64,000 nucleotides of DNA from Ancylonema sp. Its lineage: Eukaryota. Below are positions 12,234 through 23,906 of the stretch, piece by piece. Made by a program: the position numbers and the translations under genes. The stretch's first letter is position 1. Every line of letters begins with the position of its first letter. The stretch spans positions 1 through 64,000 of the forward strand of contig JBFLGF010000085.1 in assembly GCA_050230475.1 (NCBI GenBank), in the 5' to 3' direction. Under the pieces are notes generated by a model, which was not told where the DNA came from, did not search any database, and worked only from the letters and a program-made list of their open reading frames with translations.

Positions 12234-13404
12234 CTTCAGATTGCGATTTCAAGTGTGATACTTGAGAAAGTATCTAAGTCTTGTGACATATCATCGAGAC
12301 ATTCTCTCGTGATTGGGAGAGCCCATCCGTCTCTTGGTATACTTGTTTGTCCGCGTTGGTGCTGCAAACACAACCGGGGTGAGTATCAACTTCACTACCT
12401 CAGTACCTCGATACCTTGCAATGCCTCTCCACGTTTAACCACTACCTCATCCTTCCGTGTTTTTTTTTTAATGCGCCAGATATTGCACTAGTTCTTGATG
12501 TGCATGTTGAGATGGTTGTCTGGTGCGACGTAAACATTACTCCTTTGTTTTGCTTGCAACTTGGATACTTTATGCCCCTAGACTGATGAATCTAGAATTG
12601 CGTATGATTGCGAGCAATCTCTCACGTTCTAGATGGTTATAGCGGGTAAACACACACCACACTAAGCCCGGTCACTCTCATGGTATGTGTGCAAAAAAGA
12701 TCCGGGTCCGGAAAAGATTATCGCGGAAGCACCCCGACCTCAATGACCATTGCGGAGGAGAGGCGCGCTTGTGATTCTAATAGATTCAAGTGACCAACAA
12801 CATATGCATTGACTCCCCTCCGCTTTTGGGCAATCGGAGTGCAACAACCTTCATATTCTTGCCAATTTAACGCAAGTCTCCCGTAAACATCTACCTCCTC
12901 CCTAAAAACTACTAGCCTGATCGTTGCAATGTGCGGGGACCAGTCGGCCCTATGCACAGATAGCAGATCTCTGGGGGTAAGGTTGTATCAAAACGCTTAC
13001 TACTTTCCCCTATGAGAAACCCAATGCCTACGAAATTATTGACATGCTCCGGACTGCCATGCAAGAATCACTCTCGATAAATCGGAAACTCTATACACAC
13101 ATGCCAACTCAAGGTCAACAGGTGTGTTACTTACTCTCTCGTATGGTAATTAATAAACTCACTAAAGCATCATATAATCACGTCCTCTCCACCACTTCCC
13201 CCTTCTCCATTCCAACACCCCCCCCCAAGAACGAGGACACAAATCCCCTCCCAACATCTCAAGCACCAAGATTTCGCGACCCCTGGCCACAAACTTCTCC
13301 CCACTCTCTCGATTTCTCTTTCTCTCTCGCTCTCTCTTCGTCTCCTTCCATAAACCCATAAACCCATAAACCCTTTCCTTCCTTCCTTCCCCAACCCCCC
13401 CCCC

Positions 13405-16400
13405 CTACTGCCTTGCCACCGCATCTCTATGCGCCTCCAACACGCATGCCTGCAACTTCTTCCGTATCCGATCCGTCATCTCCGAATACAGTCTCCTGGT
13501 AGCCTCATCCCCAACCCCCAACACCTTCGCCTCCCTCTCCTCCCTCGTCATCGCCCCCTCTTTAACAACCGCGTTCACATCCCCACCCCCGCCCTTCCCC
13601 CCCCCCTCCGCCCCGTTCCCCCCCTCCTCCTCATCCCCCCCCAGCGGTTGCAAAGTATCCTTTCCGAATTCCGGGTCCCCACTCGCCACCGCCTCCTCCG
13701 CTTCTCTCCTCAACGCCACGAGGTCGAACTGAAACGGTTCCCCGACCACGATGCTAACCGACTTCCCCCACAGGGGGAACAGCGCACGGCGGCCAAAGAG
13801 GTGCTTCTCGGGCATCACCTGAAAAGAAGCTCGGATTCTTGTTTGCTTTGGTTTGTTTTGGGACGGTTTGTTTTTGGTTGTTTTTTTTTTCCTTAGTTGT
13901 GCTGGTTATTTTTGTAACATTTGGTTATTTTGGTTATTTTGGTTATTTTGGTTACTTTGGTTGTTTTGGTTTAATTTGGTTATTTGTTTTGGTTATTTCA
14001 ATTTGGTTAATTTCAATTTGGTTCATTTGGATATTTTGTTTATTCAGGTTATTTTGGTTACTTCCATTATTTCAATGACCTTGGTCACTTTTGATTCCTT
14101 TCGTGATTTCGGTTATGCTGAGTGGCGATCCGCCAAAGATGTCGAGGGCTACAGCAGAGAGACACCAACCACTACACATCTTTCCTTGTCTAATCGTGGC
14201 CCAATGAGCGAGAGGGATGTTTGGTTGCTACCTTTTCAAACCCGCTGTGCGCGATTGGCAGCACGATGGGGTTCACATCCGAGCGTGCGATGACGGAGGC
14301 CACTCCCCACTTCAAGCGGGTGAGGGGGAGGTGGTCTTGCATCACCTTGCCCTCGGGGAAGGTGTGGAGCTGAACAAAGTACAAGGAGGAAGGAGGAAAG
14401 AGGGAAGAGGGAAGAGGAAGGACAAGGGAGGAAGGAGAAAGGAGATGGGAGGAACGAGGGAGGAGAAAGGTTGAAGGAGAAAGGAGAAAGGAGGAAGAAG
14501 AAAGGAGAAAGGAGAACGGAGAAAGGAGAAAGGAGGAAGGAGGAAGGAGGAAGGAGGAAGGAGATGGGAGGAAAGAGGAAGGAGGAAAGGGGTAGGGAGT
14601 GAGGGGTGAGGATACATTGATGGTGGTGTTCAGTTGCTCAAGTGATGGATAGTATCAATGAGGTAACCGAGATTATTGTTCATTCAATCATTGTCGAGTG
14701 TATTACTATCGCTATAATTATTATCATTGGTTTTTAATTTTTTTGTTATAATCTAGGTACCGACACTATTTTTTGATTTTTTAATAACTAGTAAATGTAA
14801 TAATAATCAAGAGTGCGATTACTAGTAGTAGTTGTTTCATCATTGTTTTCTAATATTAATATAATGTTCCATTGTTTTGGATTGTTTTCTAATACAACTA
14901 TTTCCATGGTTTTGGATTGTTTTCGTTATTATTATTGATGGCATTATCATGTACTAGAATAACGGATAATAAAAAATATCATAAGTAATACAATATATAT
15001 GGTATGGTTTTCTAATTACTTGTTATTACTTATTACTTATCATTAATACATTTTATTTACTTGATAATACAGTAAAACCTGTCTAAAGGAATACTGTCGG
15101 GACCGGGAAATAATATTCCTTTAGACAGGTTATTCACTTAGACAGGGACGGTTCCTAACAAATCCGGTTTTGGGACCGGTATTTTTTATTCCTTTAGAGA
15201 GGTTATTCCTTTAGACAATAGACAGGTTATACCTGTATATCATAATTTTTCTGTCTTCTTCTCTCTCTATTCCATTCCTAAAAAACAAGAGACCACTCTC
15301 CACGAAAAGAGCCTTCTCCCAAACAAAATGCCCATCTGCCACACTTCCCACGCCAACATTCCATTCCCGAGTCAGCAATTGTTGAGCTCCGAACCTCTCC
15401 CCCTCCCCCACTCCCCCCGTAACCCCCGTAACCCCACTCCGTAACCCCCGTAACCCCACTCCGAAACCCCCGTAACCCCTCACTTCCCTCAACCTTCTTT
15501 CATCAACAACAGTTGGACAATCCAAAATTCGGAAATTCGGAAAACTCGGAAAAATCGTTCCAAAAGAACGATAATCTGAACGCATTTCTTACCCCCCAGT
15601 ATTCAGAATTCAGTATTCGGAATCTGTTAGAGTTCTACTCCAGATTCCAAGGTGTTAGTTCCAATTTTAGTTCCCCCCCCTCACCCATTCCCCCCCCTCA
15701 CCCATTCCCCCTGGTTGATGAGTTGAATGGCCTCCGCCATACACGGTTGGTGGATGGTGCCAAAACGGTCAATGGGGATGCACTTTCCTGAAAACAAAAA
15801 CCGCCTCTGTCCCTCAGACCGGTTGGGGATCCAACCGACCATGGTGTTACCGGGGTACTACTGGGGTCCTACTGGGGTACTACTGGGGTACTACTTGGGT
15901 ACTACTGGGGTACTACTGGGGTACTACTGGGGTATTGGAACTTTTGATAGAGTACAGCTTGTGGAATGACTGATGCTCGTTTCCCTGCCGTTCGGACGAT
16001 TATTAATAACCCACTATTGTTTTCCGCAAACCCTTTTTTCCCCCCTGGTTGATGGTCTAGTCTTGGTATGATTACGGATTTCTTGCTTGACTTCTTAACA
16101 TTCCTGCAAAAGCTTTCTTCCTCTCCTCAGGGGGCGATGTGCATCCCAACACACACACACACACACACACAGATTTGCAGAGCATCCTGATTACAGACAG
16201 ATCCTCACATTTGGAGCATGATAAATACGAGTATTGCCTGATTATTATGACGAACATTGCCTGATATAACGAGTATTGCCTGATATAACGAGTATTGCCT
16301 GATTCTTATAACAAGCATTGCCTGATTCTTTTGACAAGTATTGCTTGATTCTTATAACGAATACTTCCTACTTCTCGTAAAACCATGTAAGTACCGAACA

Positions 16401-17937
16401 GGATGGTCGTGTCTCCTCTCCCAATAAATCACAGCTTTCGGTTCAGTTTAGCCCCCCCACCCGTGACTTTTTCGTTACCCCTAATCATGCATCTAGGAGG
16501 GGCTGAGGGGGCGGGATCGTATCGTACCAAGGCGGAAGAAGTAGGACATGACGTCATTCGTAAAACAAATGTCTTTGGCCGTCAGAGTCCAGCGGCAAAT
16601 CCTGGGATCTGACGCGCGTAGGCTCCACACTCCCCACATGAGAGGGTCATCCAATCTGAACCCCCAGGAATCCCGGCGACAATGTCGGGGGTTCAGGGTA
16701 AAAATTATGAGCACCATTCCCTCGTCTCTTTCCCCCAATTCCTTGCGCGCAGAGTACTGATTCCGTACGGAGTACTCACTTTGTACGGGGTACGACTTCC
16801 TACGGAGTACTGATTCATATGAAGTCGAACAGAGGTTTCTGGCCTTGGTTTAAACAGGTTGAGTTTCAGGGTTTAGGTGAGCGAAAGGATGGAGGTCAGG
16901 GTTCAGGGCTCAAGGTTCAGATCGTGTCCCGCTATTTAGGACCCACACATCCCGACCCACACAATTATTTGGAAAAAACAAAACTTATGTATGGACAGTG
17001 GTAGGCAAGGTGATGAAGTGCTAATTTCGGAACAATCTGTAACATTTATTTATTTATTTTTTCCTTCCTGATATACACAGAGTTGAGTGCACCAGCTTTC
17101 GAGACCTTATATATTTTGTTTATTTTTTTTAGATATATAAATATGGTGATCACAGAATATCGTAGTGAGGTAGCTCGCTGAAGTCACAATGACCACCGCT
17201 TGAGAGTTTAAGGTTTGTCTAATCGGCTGGATCGAGGTCAGGATTATGTGGCCGGAACTCATTATTTCCACTGAACCAGTTCTGACGAGGATTCACATGT
17301 CTGGGGTTCAATATCATCGCACGTATGTCTTCGGAATCACCCTTCCACAATTCCGTCTTGTGTGCTACCACCAGAACAAGAAGTAGTGATGCGGCGGAAT
17401 AGCAGATAAAGTGGGCTCTGGGCATTCTTACGTTGACATGTGGTTGCTGCATGTGACGAGGGGGGTGCCAGCTGGCCGATTTTGCATCAGCTCGATGAGT
17501 CGTTCCCGATTCCGAACTTTGACTCGATTCATGACCGTGGTCAACATGACGGCGAACGACCCTACACAGCTGAGCACAAATCTGCGAGGGAGTCCGGCCA
17601 GGTGCCGGGGATCTGATCCCGCCTCCACCCACGACAACTTCGTCGTTGTGCTATTGCCAATTGTCGAAGAGCCATTGGCCGTCACACTCTTCACGGCAGC
17701 GGTTAAGATTGGACGCGCATTAGGTGGCACACCTTTCATGTCAACGGAAGAATCAGTAGCCGCGACTTTGGGCGGCTCTGACTCAGGATCAACGGCTGGA
17801 GGCCTGCCACTGCAGCAGCAGCAGCTGGCAATGACGTCTCGGATTGTGACAGCTATTGACAGGAGTAGGGACGGTAGGATGACTACAAAGATGAAGCCTA
17901 ATGTGGCTGCGTACTGGGCCAGACGTTCCCGGATCAT
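13405..17937 (-). CDS. TAZ: Tafazzin-family phospholipid acyltransferase, 5 exons
   Basis: Exons 17937-17432, 16655-16528, 15787-15702, 14369-14232, 13818-13405. Motifs: SNHMSTLDDPLMWG (HX4D), RWTLTAKDICF, FFRLGKCIPI, WLHTFPEGKV, RLKWGVASVI, PIVLPIAHSGFEKVMPE. Confidence 0.93.
14385..14590. repeat. Purine-rich GGAGAAA/GGAA simple repeat (pyrimidine tract on the tafazzin sense strand)
   Basis: Tandem GGAGAAA and GGAAGGA units upstream of the tafazzin exon 4 acceptor. Confidence 0.8.
15070..15235. mobile_element. Pogo/Tigger-like MITE (family F1, short copy) in tafazzin intron 3
   Basis: TA|CAGTAAAACCTGTCTAAAGGAATAC...AGACAGGTTATACCTG|TA. Same TIR and subterminal repeats as 6488-7069. Confidence 0.8.
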
Positions 17938-19812
17938 TGGAAGATAAAAGAGGAGCGGTCCAAAGGATCAGGGAGGAGAGTGGTGGGTGGCATTACAGCA
18001 ACCGGATAGAGCGGGCCATCAGATTATCTGGAAGGGGCAGAAACACTCCCGGCCTATTTTTCATTGAGGTAGCGAACTACACACACGATCATTCTCCAAA
18101 GTAACAGAGGAGAACAATGCACTCCGGGCACATGTAATGTCCCTCAATGCGTCCGTGGATGTCGGACCCATGCTGATCAGATACAGACCCTTACGAATGG
18201 AATCGGAGCATGACGTATGATCTGCGGAGGTAGTTAATCTGCCCAAGCTTGCGATTTGGAGAAAGCAAACATTAGTTTGGGCGGGATCCGTCCTGGTCCC
18301 GCTTGCATGCGTCACGCTGACTCAAGCGACACGTACTCGAGGAAGGTCACAATATTTGGACGGCAGATGTGCAATCTTAGCACGAGCGACGGAAAAATCG
18401 CGGATTCAGCAGCAACGCCACGGAAGGATTGAACCACTGGGCTCCGAGCCCGTGAGGTCAAGCACCCCGTAAAGGGCCCGTCTGAGCCCGTCTGAGCTCA
18501 GATAAGTCTCGGCTCATTGGTGCCAATAATTGTGACGGGGTCACGGGCTCGACGAGCTCGTGGAGCAAAGGAAATGATTTTTAATTTTTTTTCCTGTGAC
18601 CTTGGAAGGTTGGGCGATTATCCGACGATACGTTGAATTGTTATGACAAATATATTTGACCCAAAAAAATGTACAAGGGACCGAGATATATTGACAAGGG
18701 GGTGATGAAATGATTCGAATTGTGATTGGGGTCTGTTGTCCGGGACTCCAAAAATAGGCTCAAATTTGGGTTTATAGACTTACAAGAGTTCCCTAATTCG
18801 GTTAGGATAATCAAATGGACGATCTACACATATACGTTAGGTGAACATTGTACAAGTACTCGATTTGTTGAGCAAATATAATGTACTCAAATCTACAATC
18901 ATGTTGAAGACAATCATTTTTTAAAATTTGCGAGTCCACATTTAAACGCCGAAGAACTGCCTCAACTGCCAAAGAATCGGCCACATACATATCAATATAA
19001 TCTTTACGCATATTTACTATCTTTTCATTTTTCTTCTTTTGGTTGGATCCAATGCCCAAAACCGGGCTCATTCTAGTGACCATATGGGGATTGTAACAAG
19101 ATCGGAACTTCAATCATTACGTAAAAATATTGATTGAAATTAAAGCTTTCTAGAAAGAGTTTTTTTTTTTAATTCTATGAAAATACATCGGACCCTTATA
19201 AAGTTTGCCCCGATTGGATTGGATCTCCTATCCGGATCGGAACGTGATCAGAGGTCCGGGCTTAGAGGCACAACAAATGATTGAAAACACAATGCATCAT
19301 CACAATGGATGTCTCTGCACATCCAATATTTCAGAGCATATCCAACACACTACAACTTGAACCATGAACAAGTCAAACAATTGTATTTTGGTCAATCAGG
19401 AGGGGGGGGAAAAATGTTAAACATCCAAGATAAATGTCCATAACACTAAATCGGAATATTTTTCTGCATGTGGAAGAATTTGGGTTGTGCCATAACACAT
19501 TCAGTATCAAAGCCAACCAGCACTACCTTATTTATATGAAAAAAGGCGGATTTCGGATACATGTAGACATTTGTTACGGGCTCCCACCAAACATATTGAT
19601 GCGTTTGGAGAATATATACTGATTAGTGGTACATCTAATATTGACCATAGGTGCATCACACTCTCCCCCTCTCTTGAACCATTTCAATGATGGTACTACC
19701 AATCAAGAGACTTGGCACTATGACTATGGCTTTGAAAAATGACAAAAATGGAGCACCACCTTGTCCGGTAGCAGACCTTTAGCAACAATGCTCAACAACC
19801 AGAATTCCATAC

Positions 19813-21766
19813 TTATGTGTCACCAGTATTTTGATCAACCAGAATCCACTTCAAAATAAATTCAGTCAGCTTTTGAATTTCATCCGGCCTTCTTTTGGAA
19901 ACTGCACTCACTGCATCATGAGAAGCAGGTGATGGTCCCTCAACCAAACACATGCACTATTCATTGAGCTTCAGGTTGTGTCCACAAACGTCATAATAAT
20001 ACAGCAAAGAGTATTTTTTCGGAAAGGACACAAATTTCGTCGGAGGCACAAGTTTGCAACAAGCGGACGATAAAAGGACAACAGATTTACCCCAAGCAAG
20101 GAGGGGAAAGCCACATTCCTCCCGAGGTACACTCAGAACGTGCCCAGCAACCTGGTGTTCGGGAAGTAATTGCAGTTAGCACAGTATGTATTTACATGAG
20201 GATTTTCAACTTTACCACATCGTACGTAAAGTCAAAAGGAACATGGGCTGCAGCAAACCCTTCGAGCACGAGGCAAATGAGGTCAGGACTCACACACACT
20301 GCTGCAGCTGTCAGCCGTATAGACTCTGGCTTGTTTGCAAAACTGTTGTTTTGAAAAAGCAGCTCATAGATGTAGATACACGTCTGAAGGTTGAGCTCTT
20401 TCCCAGTCTTTGTAGTGCCCCTGATGACAAAGAAGGGGGTGAATGAGGAGTGCACAAGTTATTACAAAAGATGATGTAGGAAAAACCACATGGCATCAGA
20501 ATTCATCCTCTGACTACAGGCGGCAAAACAAACCTGTACTTATGCAGCAGGTCTCCAATGACCACTGGGCATATTTTTGCGCATTTGATGTCATACTTGA
20601 TTGCCTGCAAACGATGGGATTGCAATGAGGCACGAAGGACCAATGCATTGATAAACATGAAGCATTTTTTTGCGTATCCTTCGCGTCAAACTTGTTAGAA
20701 AAACAGGAACAATGTGAGGTACGTCCACGGTTCTCGTTGCGCTGATCCGGATGACAACCTGCAAAAAGTCTTTCTCCTGCCAAGGGGAAACAAGAGAGTT
20801 CAGAGTTCAACAATAGTCATACATAAGGACGTCCGGCCTACGCGTGGAGAGTACACAACTCAATGAGATTGCTAGCGATCATGCATAAAAAATAGAGGAT
20901 GCGAGCTTACCTTCTTCACCAAGTCACCAGCTGTAAAGAGCTGATCTGGACTAGACTTCGCAGCCAGATCCTTCAGATTTTGAATCGGAATCGGCGACCT
21001 CTCATGCACCTGCTCATTTCCCCACACTTCAATGGGACGCCGCAAAAAGTGTAATCTGGATCTGCTGAGCGACTTTGAAGTTGTACCTTGCTTGCAATCC
21101 AAAGACACACGATGGAGACCAGCACCATATCACCACGCGACTGATTAATGTCTGTTGGTCCTCTGCAGCACACACGATAAGGATGTTTTGACATATAGAC
21201 GCCCCAATGATGATTCTTACGCAGAGTACTGGTGAGTGCTGGTATTCACAACGGCCATTTGCATCATATTGGAAGCCTAGGTGCTATTTGCACCAGCCAG
21301 TCGACTTCGCTGCTTATCGAACACTTTCTCATAAACTCATCATTTTCATCCGTATGTAACGAGTGAATTCATGCGATAATATCAGCAAAGCCACTCAGAG
21401 CTACTATCTCACGAAGAAATTGAATTTGATTTCCCATTAAAAGCAGTAATGCGGCATACCTCTCGCGAATGTCGGTACAGGAAGCCTGCTGAACTCTAAG
21501 ACGCCTAAAAAACGCGAGAGCACTCCATCTGGTGACCGGCAGCAATGGGAAACCATCCCGTGTTTTTACCTAGACACAAAACAAGAGGGACGTACATTCA
21601 GTACATACATGAATAGACTTTTGGCGTATCCGGCGTAAGTGTTGAAAATCAGAACATGACTGGAAGTATCGCACAAATTGCAAAAAGTTACTTTGACTCG
21701 CAGTATAAACAGAAAGCAGTCTTGCTGCATCGACGTGGCATCCGTTGGCGATTCTATGACCACCAT
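19813..21766 (-). CDS. CYCJ18: Cyclin-J18-like atypical plant cyclin (about 9 short exons)
   Basis: Hand-spliced peptide ...PVTRWSALAFF...DMVLVSIVCLWIASK|VHERSPIPIQNLKDLAAKSSPDQLFTAGDLVKK|EKDFLQ|AIKYDI...|GTTKTGKELNLQTCIYIYELL...AAAVC|VAGHVLSVPREECGFPLLAW|VSAVSKRRPDEIQKLTEFIL. It aligns by eye along plant CYCJ18 (LISLWISSK, EQHFT, EFP.L.WV). The 5' exon structure is less certain. Confidence 0.75.
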
Positions 21767-22007
21767 CTCCAAGTGCCAAGGTTTCCTTCACGGAAGCCCT
21801 CTTCTGTCCCAGGCTCGGAATTTCTATGCCCATCTTGAGTTTGCCAGGGGTCATGCCATCACATTATGCCATCGATAGCGTTTTTAACGCCAGTATGTAA
21901 TCGCTGGTGTTGGTATGCGCCATGTGGCGCAAACGAGTCGATGACGTCTCCGTTTCGGCCCTTGGGTGGCTGCGAAAACTACCATATTGCTCCACGTCGC
22001 GGACGAA

Positions 22008-22017
22008 TTTTCGCGCC
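22008..22017. promoter_or_regulatory. Consensus E2F site (TTTTCGCGCC) in the cyclin/DUF1279 bidirectional promoter
   Basis: Exact match to TTTSSCGC about 240 bp upstream of the cyclin ATG. Confidence 0.45.
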
Positions 22018-22208
22018 ACACCAGCCATTTTCTAGCAGAACTTTCCAAACAGGAGCGAAACGCTAGAACATTTTTTTGAATACGGTGCCCTTTGTCAGCT
22101 CGTGAATTTCCGCGAACATATTGCTAGTGGCGAGTACGTTGCTGCAGCGCTGCTGTGTGCGCTGCCTTAGCACGCTGTAAACTCGGTACTTTTTGCCAGA
22201 CCAGCTCC

Positions 22209-23635
22209 ATGGCATGCGTTCTAAGTTTGCAAAGCGGTGGGGTGCTCCAGCCTATTGTTGAGCCGCCCAGACAGCCCAGACAGTTTCCGAGAGGCACAAG
22301 GACGAAATTTAGACTTTCAGGTGAATAGTGTGAAGGGCTCATATCATTTCCAGATGCAGACACTGACTACTGCGGGGGGGAGCCTGATGTAATTGTACTG
22401 GCATGTAAAATCCAGGAGTATTGGATATCCAGGAGAGTCAGTGTTTCAGAAAATCTTTCAGCTGACAATGTTATTCCATCTGTTTTTGTATGACGTCCCC
22501 CCAGGTTATCAAAATCTCAAAGTCTCGACCCTGCGGTCGTCGGGGAAGGAAAGGATTTGGTCGGTAGTTTGCGCCGCCACAGGTACTGAAAGGACGGGAA
22601 GTAGAAACTAGTGAGGATGGGGACATGAGTTGGAGCCGTTTCTTTCGTACCACTAATTAATTTTACAACATGCTGGCCGCGTCACTCAAATTTGGCTTTC
22701 CTTGTTCCGTGGTTTGAAAGCAGAAAAGAAAGAGGTGAAAGAGAAGGAGAAACTGCCTGAAGATTTGGACGCTGTGACTCAGAAATGGGGGCTTGAAGCT
22801 GGTCTTTGGAAGGTGTGTTTGTTGGCTGGGAAGGATTTATCAGGGTACATCGGTCAGAGTATCATTAAGGGTATATCATTGTAGTATGCACTGTGTTGAC
22901 ACAGGTAATAGATATTCTTCAATTACTTTTATTGCATACTCTAGGTATTTTTAGCTTCAGCGTTGAATTATCTCCTCTACCACCCAACTCTCTCATGATG
23001 AAAGCATTGGTGTGCAGGCTTTTACGTCCAAAGACCGTGGTGGGGATGGTGGAAAGACCGCTGGTAACCAAGCAAAGGACCTTCTGGCTAGATATGGAAG
23101 CGCGTACCTGGCTACCTCAATCTCTCTCTCCCTTGTTTCGTTTGGGCTCTGCTATGTGCTGGTCAACAACGGCGTGGACGTTCCTGGAGTGCTAGAAAGG
23201 GTAAGAGTTTCCATCCCTTCTTTTCAATTACACAGAAAACATGTTTTGCTACGTGGGGGATGTTCAACGGAACCAGGCCTTGGGTGGATTGTTTTTTTCA
23301 TGAAAGAACAATGAACATAAATAACTTTGAGGAGACATTTGAGGTCATCCTGATTCCATTCAGGCATTAAAAAGTTCATTTATTAAAAAAAACATTTCGG
23401 ACCAAAAATCCGTGAATGCAGATAAGTTGAACTTGATTTGATCTGGTTCGTGCAGGTTGGCATCCACGCTAGCGAGACAGGTGAGAAAGTTGGCACTGTG
23501 GCCCTCGCATACGCTGCCCACAAGGCTGCCTCCCCTATTCGATTCCCACCCACGGTTGCCCTTACCCCCGTCGTAGCTAGATGGTTTGGCAAGAAATTGG
23601 AAGAGAAAAACAGTGAGAAAGTGGGTGAAAAATAG
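22209..23635 (+). CDS. DUF1279 (FAM210-like) membrane protein, probably plastid-targeted, 5 exons
   Basis: ATG 22209 with a transit-peptide-like N-terminus. Motifs KWGLEAGLWK, AKDLLARYGSAYLATSISLS, ALAYAAHKAASPIRFPPTVALTPVVARW; GT-AG introns. Confidence 0.88.
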
Positions 23636-23906
23636 GGCGTTCAATTTCCGGACCATGCTGTAAATTAAGTGTGTTGTACATATATGATCGGATGTTTTGG
23701 TTATATCTTTTGAGTGGAGGGACACCATTTAGTTATGTTTGATTTTTATTCATATGCTAGTTTACTATTGTTGACGTCTGCTTGAATTTTGTTTTGTAGT
23801 CACTTGTCCCGAAATTTTGTTTTGGATGGAGCTGGGGTACAATATTGAAACTGTTTTTGCATCACGATAAATTTACCTCGCAATTGTATTTTACATGAAG
23901 ACATAT

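Noticed and set aside
16228..16370. 20-24-bp tandem repeats as a CRISPR-like array
   Set aside because: No unique spacers; an intronic minisatellite in a eukaryotic gene.
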